This document shows, one piece after another, positions 36,849 through 46,682 of a stretch of DNA of 64,000 nucleotides. A program made the position numbers and the translations under genes. How positions within the stretch are numbered: position 1 is the first letter of the stretch; the number at the start of each line of letters is the position of its first letter. The notes beneath the pieces are model-generated. The model was not told the origin of the DNA and searched no databases. It saw only the letters and a list, made by a program, of their open reading frames with translations. Source of the stretch: Thermodesulfobacteriota bacterium (lineage in GTDB: Bacteria; Desulfobacterota; Desulfarculia; JACQYL01); assembly GCA_963675595.2 (NCBI GenBank), contig CAXXLZ010000002.1, forward strand, positions 352,001 to 416,000, in the 5' to 3' direction.

Positions 36849-38426
36849 TCAGGTGAGGTCGGCCGCCATCAACTGGTGACGTTTACCACAAATCCAAACC
36901 GGTTCCCCCACGGGCGTCCACCCGAGTTTTCCGAAGAATCGAATGTTCTGCTCCTGAATGTGGGCGGTAAACCGAGTGCATCCTTTTCCGCGCACGTAAC
37001 GAACGGCCTCACGTACCAGCATTTCACCCACCTGAGAAGATCGGTATTCCCTCAACACGGCGAGCCGTCCGCCCACCCAATGCCCGTCATCTTGATTCGA
37101 CCGAAACACGCGCACCGTGCCCACAATGCCGCCCCCCGTTTCCGCCACGAGGTACGTGCTCGCCGCATCGTGATCGTCCACGTCGGAATCTTCAAAAAGT
37201 CTCTGCTCCTCAACGAAGATCCGGCGTCGAATGTCCAAGGCGTCCCGAATCTCACCCGGGGAACGTACTACATGACACGCCACACGGGAGGGAGCCCCTT
37301 CGTAAAGGGACAAAGCCGAGCAAGCGCCGCACCGGACGCAACCCGCCTTGCATTCCCCGGATGACAGTCCCTTCCTGCGAAGGATTTCCGCCACCGCTTC
37401 ATAGATGTTTTCCATGCGCTCGGGAGCGGGGGGCCTTTTCCCGGCCATGAGTGATCCCGGAACCGGTCTCAACGGAACCACGTACGGAAAAACGCCCAAG
37501 TCGGCAAGCAGTTCTCCGCCCCGAATCACCGATTCGTCCGTTTCGCCCAAACCCACGATGACGAAACTGCTCACCTGGTTGGGTCCGAACAACTCCACGG
37601 CTTTTTTCCAGGCTCGTTCATAGCGTTGCATCCCCAGTTCCGACTTGGCCGGAGCCATACGCGCCAGAACGTCGGGATCGAAACTCTCCGCGTGAATACC
37701 GACGGTAGCCACGCCCGATTCCTTTAGTTTCTCCATTCTCCCAAGATCGCCGGGCGGCATAAACTGAACATGCACCGGGAGTCCCGTGCTTTCGACCACC
37801 GAGCGGGCACATTCTGCGAGGCGATCCAGTTCTTCCCCATCCACAAATGCGGTTCCCGACGTGAGCACCACATGGGAAATCGCGCTGGATGCCAAAGCCG
37901 CCCGGGCGACCTCCGCAAGCTGTTCCGGAGACTTGGTTTCAATTGTGGTTCCGTTGCGAGCAGTAATCTCGACGCCACAGAATCGACATCGGCCACCCGT
38001 CCTCCAGAACCTGCACCGCTGAATCACGGTGCAGGCCAAGCAGTCCGTTCCGTGAAGCAGCGCGATCTTTCGATATCCGACGCCGTTCTCATCCGCAAGC
38101 GAGTAAAATTCGGGTTCCGGGACCACCTCCACGGCAAAGAGCTCTTCTCCGCCGACGGTCAGGAGGAACTCTCCGTCTCTAAGAATCAGGGAATAAGGCG
38201 ATTCGGCGGTATATGCCGCAGCGATGGGTACGTTTTTCGGAATTCCCTCAAACAGAACGGCGCGGCCATCCGCCGGACCCGCACCGCCGCTGCGTCCCTG
38301 CAACGTTCCGGCGACGCGGACGCCCAGGCTCTGCAAGTCCGTAACGACCCTGCGCAGATACCGAGGAAACGATCCGTCGGCGCGAGCAGAGATTTCGGAG
38401 TCCGCAATGGGAGATTGAGAATGCAT
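36849..38426 (-). CDS. MSMEG_0568/NitD-family radical SAM fused to C-terminal GNAT acetyltransferase (NitE / MSMEG_0567 N-terminal-like)
   Basis: RSGGAGPADG, KIALLHG, QRCRFWRTGGRCRFC (CX7CX2C), NQVSSFVIVGLGE, AGCVRCGACSAL; then RRRIFVEEQ..DVDDHD..VGTVR..GGRLAV..AHIQEQN; gaggga RBS before ATG 38426. Confidence 0.85.
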   Translation of the reverse strand: MHSQSPIADSEISARADGSFPRYLRRVVTDLQSLGVRVAGTLQGRSGGAGPADGRAVLFEGIPKNVPIAAAYTAESPYSLILRDGEFLLTVGGEELFAVEVVPEPEFYSLADENGVGYRKIALLHGTDCLACTVIQRCRFWRTGGRCRFCGVEITARNGTTIETKSPEQLAEVARAALASSAISHVVLTSGTAFVDGEELDRLAECARSVVESTGLPVHVQFMPPGDLGRMEKLKESGVATVGIHAESFDPDVLARMAPAKSELGMQRYERAWKKAVELFGPNQVSSFVIVGLGETDESVIRGGELLADLGVFPYVVPLRPVPGSLMAGKRPPAPERMENIYEAVAEILRRKGLSSGECKAGCVRCGACSALSLYEGAPSRVACHVVRSPGEIRDALDIRRRIFVEEQRLFEDSDVDDHDAASTYLVAETGGGIVGTVRVFRSNQDDGHWVGGRLAVLREYRSSQVGEMLVREAVRYVRGKGCTRFTAHIQEQNIRFFGKLGWTPVGEPVWICGKRHQLMAADLT

Positions 38427-38881
38427 TGGACTACTCCCTCCGCAGCCCGAGAACACACGATATTCCGTGCCGGATCACCCGTTACCACGGCCGGCGGCGG
38501 GATACGCCTATCGGGCGAAATCCGCGGCACGGGTCCGTCGCTGGTCATCGGGAAATCGCCGGAGGATCGGGTTCGGAGCACTCGCTTCGAATGAGACCGG
38601 ATCGGTGCGTCCATGAGGATTGAGTAGGGCGAGTTCCAGCGATCGACTACGGCGAAGGAGTGATCGTCGCATTCCGCCGCCGGTATGGTCGGTGGGCGGT
38701 TCCACCGGATCGGCGCCGCAGGCTGCGTTCTTGGGCGAACCTCCAAGGACGAGTCGCCCTTGGGACAAAAGATCGATTCACGGACAATCCGACCAAGCGG
38801 CTTACCCCTCGGCGAACCATGGGAACACAGACGATCCACTTCGCCCGCCGATCCGTTCTTCCGGCGGTTGGGGCCGGGGAT

Positions 38882-38915
38882 CCCCGTGTTCGCCTCTCCA
38901 AGAGGCAACACGGGG
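38882..38915. repeat. Stem-loop downstream of the ferritin-like gene
   Basis: ccccgtgtt-c-gcctct-cca-agaggc-aacacgggg; no U-tract. Confidence 0.5.
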
Positions 38916-38949
38916 CCCCCTTTTGCCGGATGGATGGTTGCCGGAGGCT

Positions 38950-39393
38950 CTATTTCAAGCCTTGAACCTTGTTTTTCAGTTTTCCGTTCTCTTTGGCCAT
39001 CTGTTTGTAGACTTTGGAGGCCTCTCTGGAGAGCTCCTTCGCCGTTTCCGTGAGGGCGAGGTAGAACGTCTCGCAACTTTCCTCGACGGCGATGGCCTTA
39101 TCCAGGACCCCGGAATTGTCGGTGATTTCGACGTCGGGCAGATACGCCTCCCGGTCAAGTCCACAAACCGGTTCCAGGATCATCTCATTGAGCTTCTGCT
39201 GGCGTGTTTCCTCAAGAAGCCGGTAGCGTTTCTTGTGAACGTCCGCCAGGGCATTGAGGTCTTCCGCCGCAGAGGGCACGCACTCGGCGGCGCTTCTGTA
39301 GAATTCCTCGACAGCCTCCTCCATGCACAGAGAATACCTGATCACGGAGGAAAACGTCTTCATTTCGGGGAATTTGGAGAAGTCTATAGCCAT
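38950..39393 (-). CDS. Rubrerythrin/ferritin-like four-helix protein
   Basis: Repeated helices ..MEEAVEEFY..LADVHKKR / AIAVEESCETFY..MAKEN; overlaps the mmsA end by 10 nt. Confidence 0.7.
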   Translation of the reverse strand: MAIDFSKFPEMKTFSSVIRYSLCMEEAVEEFYRSAAECVPSAAEDLNALADVHKKRYRLLEETRQQKLNEMILEPVCGLDREAYLPDVEITDNSGVLDKAIAVEESCETFYLALTETAKELSREASKVYKQMAKENGKLKNKVQGLK

Positions 39394-40868
39394 CTCGTGA
39401 TCACAACCTTTCTATCCGTGAAGAAGTTGACCGCATCGTAGCCCTGGCCGTGCAGGTCACCGAAGAAGGAATCATTCATTCCGGCGAAGGGGAAATAGGC
39501 CATGGCGGCAACGATGCCGATGTTGATACCGATGTTGCCGGACGTCACTTCGTATCGGAACTTCCGCGCGTCGGGTCCGGAGGAGGTGTAGATCGAGCCC
39601 GCGTTGCCGAAGGGGCAGGCATTCATGAACTCGATGGCCTCGTCCAGGTCCTTGAAACGCATGACCGAAACCACGGGGCCGAAAATTTCTTCCTTGCAGA
39701 TCGTGTGGTCCGGGTTCACTTCCTCAAAGATCGTGGGACCCACAAAGGCGCCATCTTCGTATCCGGGAACCGTGACGTTTCGGCCGTCCACGAGCATCTT
39801 GGCACCTTCTTTAATGCCGACCTCGATGTAATTCAAGACCTTCTGCTGCGCCTTCTTGGAGACCAACGGACCCATGCTGGTGGATTCATCCAGGCCGTAG
39901 CCCAGCTTCAGATTCTTGGCCATGGCCACGAATTGGTCCAGCATCTCATGGTAGAAATCGTCGCCGCCGACGATGGCCAGATTGGCTCCGGCGAGACATC
40001 GCTGACCGGCGCAACCGAAGAAAGAGGAGATCATGTTGGGCACGGTCTTCTTCAGATTGCAGTCGGGCATAACCACGATGGTGTTCTTCGCGCCGCCCTG
40101 CGCCTGCACTCTCTTCTTATACTCGGCGCTGAGCTTGTAGACATGGTGAGCCACCGGAGTGGAACCCACGAAGGAGATTCCCTTGACGTCGGGATGCATC
40201 ATCAGGTGGTCGGCCAACTCGTGGCTGCCGTTCACCAGGTTGATCACACCGGCGGGAAACCCGGCCTCCTCAATGGCCTCAAACATGATCTGCTGCGTCA
40301 TGGGTACCTGGCTGGAGGGCTTGACCACATAGGTGTTGCCCGTAGCCACGGCATACGGCCAGAACCAATAGGGGATCATGGCGGGGAAATTGTAGGGCGA
40401 AAGGCACGCGAACACGCCCAACGGGCAGCGAATGGCTTCTTCGTCGATGCCGGCCGCAGCCCCGTCTTCGAGAGAGTAGCCCATCTGCATGGTGGTAATG
40501 CCGCTGGCGGTCTCCACATTTTCGATGGCTCTCCGCACTTCACCGCGCGATTCGTCGATGGTCTTTCCCATCTCCTGCACCAGGACCCTGGCGAAGTCCT
40601 CGAATCGCTTCTCCATGAGTTCCTTGAGCTTGAACATGTAACGAACGCGGGTCACGGGCGCGGTTTCACGCCAATCCTGATAGGCTTCTTTGGCGGCCGC
40701 CACGGCGTCGTCGATTTCCGACTTGGGGGACATGGGGACCTGCCCGATGACCTCGTTCTTGGCCGGGTTCACAATGTCCTTGCTTTCGCCTTTGGACTCG
40801 ACCCATTCGCCGTCAATGAAGTTTTTCAGGGTACCGTAGTTGGCTTTAACTTCAGGTAAATGCGACAT
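39384..40868 (-). CDS. mmsA: CoA-acylating (methyl)malonate-semialdehyde dehydrogenase
   Basis: PYNFPAMIPYW, FVGSTPVA, QAQGGAKN, GCAGQRCLA, EEIFGPV, FFGDLHGQG, KVVITRW. Confidence 0.9.
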   Translation of the reverse strand: MSHLPEVKANYGTLKNFIDGEWVESKGESKDIVNPAKNEVIGQVPMSPKSEIDDAVAAAKEAYQDWRETAPVTRVRYMFKLKELMEKRFEDFARVLVQEMGKTIDESRGEVRRAIENVETASGITTMQMGYSLEDGAAAGIDEEAIRCPLGVFACLSPYNFPAMIPYWFWPYAVATGNTYVVKPSSQVPMTQQIMFEAIEEAGFPAGVINLVNGSHELADHLMMHPDVKGISFVGSTPVAHHVYKLSAEYKKRVQAQGGAKNTIVVMPDCNLKKTVPNMISSFFGCAGQRCLAGANLAIVGGDDFYHEMLDQFVAMAKNLKLGYGLDESTSMGPLVSKKAQQKVLNYIEVGIKEGAKMLVDGRNVTVPGYEDGAFVGPTIFEEVNPDHTICKEEIFGPVVSVMRFKDLDEAIEFMNACPFGNAGSIYTSSGPDARKFRYEVTSGNIGINIGIVAAMAYFPFAGMNDSFFGDLHGQGYDAVNFFTDRKVVITRWL

Positions 40869-40991
40869 GTAACCATTTCCTCCTGTTTCTGGTTCTTTCC
40901 TATGCCAATGGCTGGATCTTCTCGTTATGCGATGAACACTCCATCATCCCCTCCGGCTACGGTAGCGACGCCGGAGGAGGATACCAAGCCT

Positions 40992-42083
40992 TCACAGAGG
41001 CGACTCCATTGCAAAGGCCACCTTCTTAATTAAATTGGCGGCGATTCGATACGTTCGATCCGTATCGCCGTCGGCCGTCGGTTCCCCCGCCCTTCTGGGG
41101 TTGAATTCCACCACGTCCATGCCGGCGAGGCGGACACCCTCCTCAAGCAAAGGCATTACGGCGGACGCCGCTGCATAGATCTGGCGTTCTTGAAGGCCCT
41201 GCCAATTGCGAAAACGTACTCCCTCCACTGCGTTGCGCGCCCCGATGTCCATGTCCACGGAGACGTAGACATAGGGAGTTTCCACTTGCCGCAAAATTCG
41301 TTTCAGCTTGGACGGACCAACCAGGCAGTCGCTCTTGGTAATCAGCTGGACTCCCAGTTTCTTCAGATCGGAGTAGATGCCCACGTACGCGGCCACGCGC
41401 GGGTCCTTCACTCGAGTAGCTCTCTTCTGAGGGAAGTCGCTGATTCCCACCACATAGAGGTTCTCGGGAAGCACCACCTCGCTCGACAAAAGGTCGTTCA
41501 AGAAGGAACTGGCGTTGTATGACTCCGGTCTCCCACTCAAAAAAGGATCGTTCGGGTCGTGCAGGGATTTAGGGTTGGTGTCCAAATCGTACTGAATCAG
41601 CCCTGTCATGACGGACATGGGAATCGCATCCGTGTGACTGTCCAGTACAATCAGTGAAAGGTTCTCCGAGCCGTAACGATCGGACACGGCCCGGACCACC
41701 CCGCCGGTCAGAGAGTGGTCCACGGCGATCATGCATGGAATCATCGGAAGCACGCGCTCTCGGACCAGATCTTCGACCTGGGAAGCAAAGGTCCGGCAAC
41801 CGTCGCGATCCAAGAAGGCGACGAATTCGTCCACCACGACCCTTGCGGAATCACCGGGCAACGGCTTGGGCCTCAACCACTCAGGAACATCTATGGAGCC
41901 GCGCTCCTCGAACAGGGATTCCGGGACTTCGTTCCGGATCAATTCCATCACCCGATCGTAAGGATCATCGGTCTCTCCCGCCCGCTTAGATACGGAGAGC
42001 TTTTCCTGAATCGAGTCGTCCTTCTCGTCGCAGTCCAAAGGACATCCGAAGAACACGACCTGTCTGTCATCCGGCGGATTCAT
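40992..42083 (-). CDS. Arginase/ureohydrolase family protein (divergent)
   Basis: VDHSLT, LDSHTD, YVSVDMDI, MDVVEFNP. Confidence 0.8.
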   Translation of the reverse strand: MNPPDDRQVVFFGCPLDCDEKDDSIQEKLSVSKRAGETDDPYDRVMELIRNEVPESLFEERGSIDVPEWLRPKPLPGDSARVVVDEFVAFLDRDGCRTFASQVEDLVRERVLPMIPCMIAVDHSLTGGVVRAVSDRYGSENLSLIVLDSHTDAIPMSVMTGLIQYDLDTNPKSLHDPNDPFLSGRPESYNASSFLNDLLSSEVVLPENLYVVGISDFPQKRATRVKDPRVAAYVGIYSDLKKLGVQLITKSDCLVGPSKLKRILRQVETPYVYVSVDMDIGARNAVEGVRFRNWQGLQERQIYAAASAVMPLLEEGVRLAGMDVVEFNPRRAGEPTADGDTDRTYRIAANLIKKVAFAMESPL

Positions 42084-42122
42084 GAATTCCTCGATCGGGT
42101 AGCCTTTACGGGTCTCCGGATA

Positions 42123-42154
42123 CGTGACCCCGTCCTCGAAGGGGCGGGGTCACG
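42123..42154. repeat. Intergenic stem-loop
   Basis: cgtgaccccgtcc-tcgaag-gggcggggtcacg. Confidence 0.55.
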
Positions 42155-42179
42155 AGGATATCTTACGACGGGGAATGAT

Positions 42180-43208
42180 CTACTTCGCTTTGCTGAAGTA
42201 GTCGTCCCGCGCCTTTCTAAGCTGCATCACGTTCTCAAGGGGAGAAGGCGGCGCAACACCGCAGCCGGGCGTCAAAAAGTCCGTTCCGTTCTCCAACGCC
42301 TGAATCGACTCCTGGTAACACTCTTCAGGCTTCCCCATGAACAGAGTGGTGGCGGTGGCCACGTTCCCGAAGACCCGGACGCCTTTGGCGCGAGCGATTT
42401 CCACGGCGGCCTTCATATCCGCCTTTTCTTCGATGCTGATGCCCGCCACGCCCGAGTCGCACATCAAGGGAATGATCTTGTCCGTGTTGGCGCAAACATG
42501 AAGCACCAGGGGTCCCTTGGACTTGGCGGCGATGTCTTTGATCATGGGAAGCACGAACTTCTCCCAGGTCTTCGGGCTCATGAGGGCCGGCCCGGAAGAA
42601 GGTTCGGCCATGCAGTAGTAATCCGCACCCTGGTCGAAGGACCAGTTGATCACGTCGATCATGGCCTGTTTGGTCACGTCGATCACTTGCTGGACCTTGT
42701 CCTGTTCTTTGAAGGTCCACTTCATGAACTTCTCGGTTCCCACCAGGTTGCAGGCACAGGTCCACGCACCTTCCGATTCGCCGAAGACGACCATGTCGTT
42801 GCCGATCTTATCCTTAATCAGCTTGAAGTGTTCCTTGTAGGCGGGAAAACGCCCCTTTGAAAGAAAGGCCTCGGCTCCGGGGTAGTCCAGTCCATCCAGG
42901 CTTTCGGCGAATGCATGTCCTTTGATGCAATACTGCAGGTCGATCTTGGGCTCTCCCAAAATGCACCCGAAGACCTCGCTCATGGGGGTAATATCCCATC
43001 CCATGGCCTTGACCCACTCCCAACCCAGGTACTTGGGGCCCGCCAGGGCCAGTTCGGTCATGGCGACCGGGTCGGTATCGGCCAAGGGCCGCTCCGCTCC
43101 GCACTTTTTCATGAGCTCCACAATACCGTAGGTGGTAGTACAGCCGACGGGCGTCATATCCACTTCCTTGCCCATCAGGCAGTTCATCACTCGCTCTTTC
43201 AGGTTCAT
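42180..43208 (-). CDS. MtaA/CmuA-family methylcobamide:thiol methyltransferase (URO-D superfamily)
   Basis: Zn motif LHVC (HxC) plus TPGCGVAP.SPLEN; GAWTCACNLVG; AEPSSG; ATG 43208 after gaggagg. Confidence 0.8.
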   Translation of the reverse strand: MNLKERVMNCLMGKEVDMTPVGCTTTYGIVELMKKCGAERPLADTDPVAMTELALAGPKYLGWEWVKAMGWDITPMSEVFGCILGEPKIDLQYCIKGHAFAESLDGLDYPGAEAFLSKGRFPAYKEHFKLIKDKIGNDMVVFGESEGAWTCACNLVGTEKFMKWTFKEQDKVQQVIDVTKQAMIDVINWSFDQGADYYCMAEPSSGPALMSPKTWEKFVLPMIKDIAAKSKGPLVLHVCANTDKIIPLMCDSGVAGISIEEKADMKAAVEIARAKGVRVFGNVATATTLFMGKPEECYQESIQALENGTDFLTPGCGVAPPSPLENVMQLRKARDDYFSKAK

Positions 43209-43335
43209 CGATTCCTCCTCAAAGTCCGAAATGGGCCTCGGCCGTTGGAATGCATCAACACCCGCCCGGACGTGCAACTCATTCGGGCGTGGTGCCCATC
43301 AGCGGTCGGAGTGCTTTCGGCCCCGTCGATAGGGT

Positions 43336-43575
43336 CTATTTGGTTTGTTTGAGCTGCTCAGCGACCTTCCGGATTCGTTTTCTGAACAAGGGTTGATAAA
43401 TCAGCCAGAACACCGCAAGCCACAAGAAAAGGATCACGGTGAGATACTCACTCCCGGCCAACACTTCTTTGAGTGCGTACAGTCCCCCAAACACAATGAG
43501 GACGCCGGCGACGGTGTAGGGAAGACCCGCTTTGAGAAAGACGGTCAGATTTCGTTTCGATTCTTGATTCCACAT
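43336..43575 (-). CDS. Small two-TM membrane protein
   Basis: 79 aa with two hydrophobic stretches; aggagg upstream; co-oriented with the operon. Confidence 0.7.
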   Translation of the reverse strand: MWNQESKRNLTVFLKAGLPYTVAGVLIVFGGLYALKEVLAGSEYLTVILFLWLAVFWLIYQPLFRKRIRKVAEQLKQTK

Positions 43576-43646
43576 ACCGGCGCCCGATCGCCTCCTGTAC
43601 CGGTTCCCGTGCTCTCGGCCCGGAAACCGGCCAAATGGATTCGTTA

Positions 43647-45101
43647 TTACTTTCCGTTCTCTTCCGGGGGATGCGCTTCCCCGTTTTCAATGGCCTTGAC
43701 CGCAGCTTCTTCCGAGGCGCTCTTGTCGATCTGCTTCGGAGTGTAATGCTCCAGGGCAAAGTACATGATCGCACCGATAATCAGGGCCATGGTGGGGCCG
43801 GACCAGAAGGGGCTTCCCCAAAGTTTCACGTAATTGGCCGTGACCAGAACGGCCCCCATGACGCCGGCGATGCCGCGCTGGAGGTTGTTGGTGCACATGG
43901 CGAACGCGATATAGACGCAGAGGTATCCCTGAATCAGCAGGGTCAGACCGAAACCGATCAGCTTGGCCGGAAGAATGATCTGTACGATGGGATGGAAGAC
44001 CATGGCGATGCTCATGCCCCAGAAGATCGAGGTGGCGCCGCCCCAGTATGAGGGTTCCTGTTCCGCCGTGGAGTTCTTATAGCGGTTCACCACCAAGGCC
44101 TGCCCACCGGTCCACTGGGGTCCGCACAGGGGCAGATAAGGCATGGTCACACCTTCAAGCAGATTTCGGAAAGAGGTGATGAGGTGGTTGCGGGATACCT
44201 GAAAAACGATTTTCTCGTCGGGTCGGGCCTTGTCCGATTCGTCGACCAAAGCCTCCAGTACCAGAATATCGCCGAAAGCGAGAACGTAGGCCACAATGGC
44301 CAAAGAAATGGCGGCTCCCCATGCCGTCGCGGAGGGAAAACCGATGGAGAACGCACTGAACGAGTTGAGCATCTCTCCAAAGGGGATGGCGATGATGAAG
44401 CGATCGAAGACACCGACCGGCATCGGGATTTCCCCGGTAATAAGCCCGGCGAGATACCCGATCACGAAGCCCGGGGCGATCCCAAAGCCCGCCACCCACG
44501 CGAACCAGCCGTATCTTTTGCGGAATTCCATGCCGCGGACCGAAAACAGGATGAAGAAACTGCCAAAAGCCGAAACCAAGAAGGCGATGGGCATCTTCCC
44601 GATAAAGGGCTGTCCGGGGTCGAAAACCCGCATCAGGGCGGCGAACCCGGCGCCGAGCAAAATACCCGCCCGCATGGACACCGGGAAGTGTTTGATTACG
44701 GTTTTCGTAATCCCCGTCACTCCAAGCACGAGAAAAATCAGCCCGACCAGGACCTGAAGTGCGATCAACGCCTGAATGCGCTCGGGCCCGGCTTCAAAAT
44801 CGGTCAGGAAGGATATGTATAGCGGAATACCCGCCGTGATCCAGCCGGCGATGGAAGGATCGCCGAATGATGTGTGCAACAGGTACAGAAAATTGTTGAT
44901 CACCACCATGAGGACCGCAACTTCAATGGGAATTCCCAGGACTTTGACCATGGCTGCGGTAATGCCCAAGGGTACGCAGCTTAGAATGGCGCCCTGGATG
45001 AAATCTTGATACTCGATCCGGTAGTGTACGAAGGGTATCCTCAGTTTGAGCGCGCCACCGGCATATGGCTGCTCTTCTCCATACTTGCGTGCGATTGCCA
45101 T
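43647..45101 (-). CDS. Polytopic permease (xanthine/uracil NCS2-like or DUF3360-like)
   Basis: Roughly 12 hydrophobic segments; LRIPFVHYRIEYQDFIQG, GWITAGIPL, AYVLAFGD, RPDEKI, GPQWTG; aggaga RBS before ATG 45101. Confidence 0.75.
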   Translation of the reverse strand: MAIARKYGEEQPYAGGALKLRIPFVHYRIEYQDFIQGAILSCVPLGITAAMVKVLGIPIEVAVLMVVINNFLYLLHTSFGDPSIAGWITAGIPLYISFLTDFEAGPERIQALIALQVLVGLIFLVLGVTGITKTVIKHFPVSMRAGILLGAGFAALMRVFDPGQPFIGKMPIAFLVSAFGSFFILFSVRGMEFRKRYGWFAWVAGFGIAPGFVIGYLAGLITGEIPMPVGVFDRFIIAIPFGEMLNSFSAFSIGFPSATAWGAAISLAIVAYVLAFGDILVLEALVDESDKARPDEKIVFQVSRNHLITSFRNLLEGVTMPYLPLCGPQWTGGQALVVNRYKNSTAEQEPSYWGGATSIFWGMSIAMVFHPIVQIILPAKLIGFGLTLLIQGYLCVYIAFAMCTNNLQRGIAGVMGAVLVTANYVKLWGSPFWSGPTMALIIGAIMYFALEHYTPKQIDKSASEEAAVKAIENGEAHPPEENGK

Positions 45102-45249
45102 TTTTCTCCTACTCCTCCTCCTAAGTGCACTCACTGGATCCTGCCGTACCGTAACTCATACAAACGGCGCGGACAGGATACGTACCTTCGACCTGTCTCC
45201 GATGACCCCTGTTTCCCCCCTCTCCTTATGGACTGTTCCGCCTCAGACC

Positions 45250-45277
45250 AAGGGGAGGGGAATCCCCCTCCCCTTTG
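45250..45277. terminator. Intergenic stem-loop (possible terminator or processing site)
   Basis: aaggggagggg-aatc-ccctcccctt just downstream of the Fe-S gene stop. Confidence 0.55.
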
Positions 45278-45285
45278 AATCCCGA

Positions 45286-46611
45286 TCAGGCCTGCTCGGG
45301 TAGGACTTGATCCACGAGTTCCACCAAATCCACAACCTGCATGCCGCTGCCGATTCGCTTGGCTCCTTCATTGAGATTGAAGTAGCAGAAGGGGCAAATC
45401 GACACCATTTTCTCGGCCCCCGTTTCCATGCCTTCCTCGATTCGCAGGGAAGCATTCTTGGTGGCCCAGTCGCCGAAACCGGTCATCACGCCTCCGCCGC
45501 CTCCGCAGCAAAACGAGTTGGCCCGAATGCGCTCCATCTCCTCGAGTTGAAGCCCCGGAATCGCTTGAAGCAATTCCCTCGGCTCATCGTACAGGCAGTC
45601 GCTCTCATCCACCTCCACATAAGCGCCTTCCCACAGGTCTTTGCCCTCTTTGTCCACCACGAACTTGTTCAGGTGCCGTCCCGTATGACAAGGATCGTGG
45701 TAAGTGACCTTCATGGGCAGTTCGCCGGCGAACTTGAGCTTGCCTTCCTTATACAACCCGTTCAGTAAGTCGGCTGTGTGAATGACTTCGATCCCATCCA
45801 TCACCTCGTCGTACTCGGACGAGAGCACATAGTCCTTCTTGATGGCCCGGAAGCATCCGGCGCAGGACGTGATAATTCTTTTAACGCCCTTTTCGTCGCG
45901 AAGCTTCTTGAAGGTTTCGAGGTTCAGGGTCGCCACGCGCTTGAATTCCTCCGCGTCACCAACTCTCATAGCCGTGGACCCGCAACAGACTTCGTTTTCA
46001 CCCAAGATCCCGAAATCGAGTCCGAGTTTCTGAAAAATGGAGGCCGTGGCCGTGGGTACGGCACGTGCTCCCGTGTTGAAGGCGCCCGTGCAACCCACAT
46101 AGAACAGGTTGGGAGCGGCTTCCTTGTTGATGTCTTTGATGGGCTTGCCGGCTTTCTTAAAGGGCCGTGTCCAATCGGTGCGCACCCTCCGAGGTCCCTG
46201 GTAGGGGTTGTTGTAGTTGCGCATGGACTGAGTCAGGTTCTTGTGAAGCGGCATGGGGCCTTTGCCGGATTTAACCGCCTCGCGGCGCAAGGCTTCGATC
46301 ACTTCCGGAATGTGCGGCTTGTAGTCCACCTGACACTGATTCTGACAACCGGCGCAGATGGTGCATTTGTATATGGCTTCGAGAAACTCGGGGTCGTCGA
46401 AGCTCAGCACTCCGGCGGTCAGACCGCGGGCATAGGCGGCTTTTCCCTTGGAGGAGTAGTACCCTTCAAAGCCGAACTCGGTACCCGCGGGACAGATGGG
46501 CTTGGCCACCGGGGGCGGACCGTACGTATAGGCCGTGCGGCAGGTTCCGCAGGCGGTGCATCGCCAGAAATACCTTTCCAGATCTTTCAGATCCGGTATG
46601 TTCCATTCCAT
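45286..46611 (-). CDS. HdrD/GlcF-like Fe-S oxidoreductase with two CCG domains
   Basis: CTACGTC..ICP, CTICAGCQNQC, VCCG, TSCAGC, YHDPCH, FCCGGGGG, ICPFC. Confidence 0.9.
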   Translation of the reverse strand: MEWNIPDLKDLERYFWRCTACGTCRTAYTYGPPPVAKPICPAGTEFGFEGYYSSKGKAAYARGLTAGVLSFDDPEFLEAIYKCTICAGCQNQCQVDYKPHIPEVIEALRREAVKSGKGPMPLHKNLTQSMRNYNNPYQGPRRVRTDWTRPFKKAGKPIKDINKEAAPNLFYVGCTGAFNTGARAVPTATASIFQKLGLDFGILGENEVCCGSTAMRVGDAEEFKRVATLNLETFKKLRDEKGVKRIITSCAGCFRAIKKDYVLSSEYDEVMDGIEVIHTADLLNGLYKEGKLKFAGELPMKVTYHDPCHTGRHLNKFVVDKEGKDLWEGAYVEVDESDCLYDEPRELLQAIPGLQLEEMERIRANSFCCGGGGGVMTGFGDWATKNASLRIEEGMETGAEKMVSICPFCYFNLNEGAKRIGSGMQVVDLVELVDQVLPEQA

Positions 46612-46682
46612 TCAAAAACCTCCGTATCCGTTGTCCTACAAACGTTTTCGTTGCGCTTATGGTCCTTGAAACCGTGGGACCG

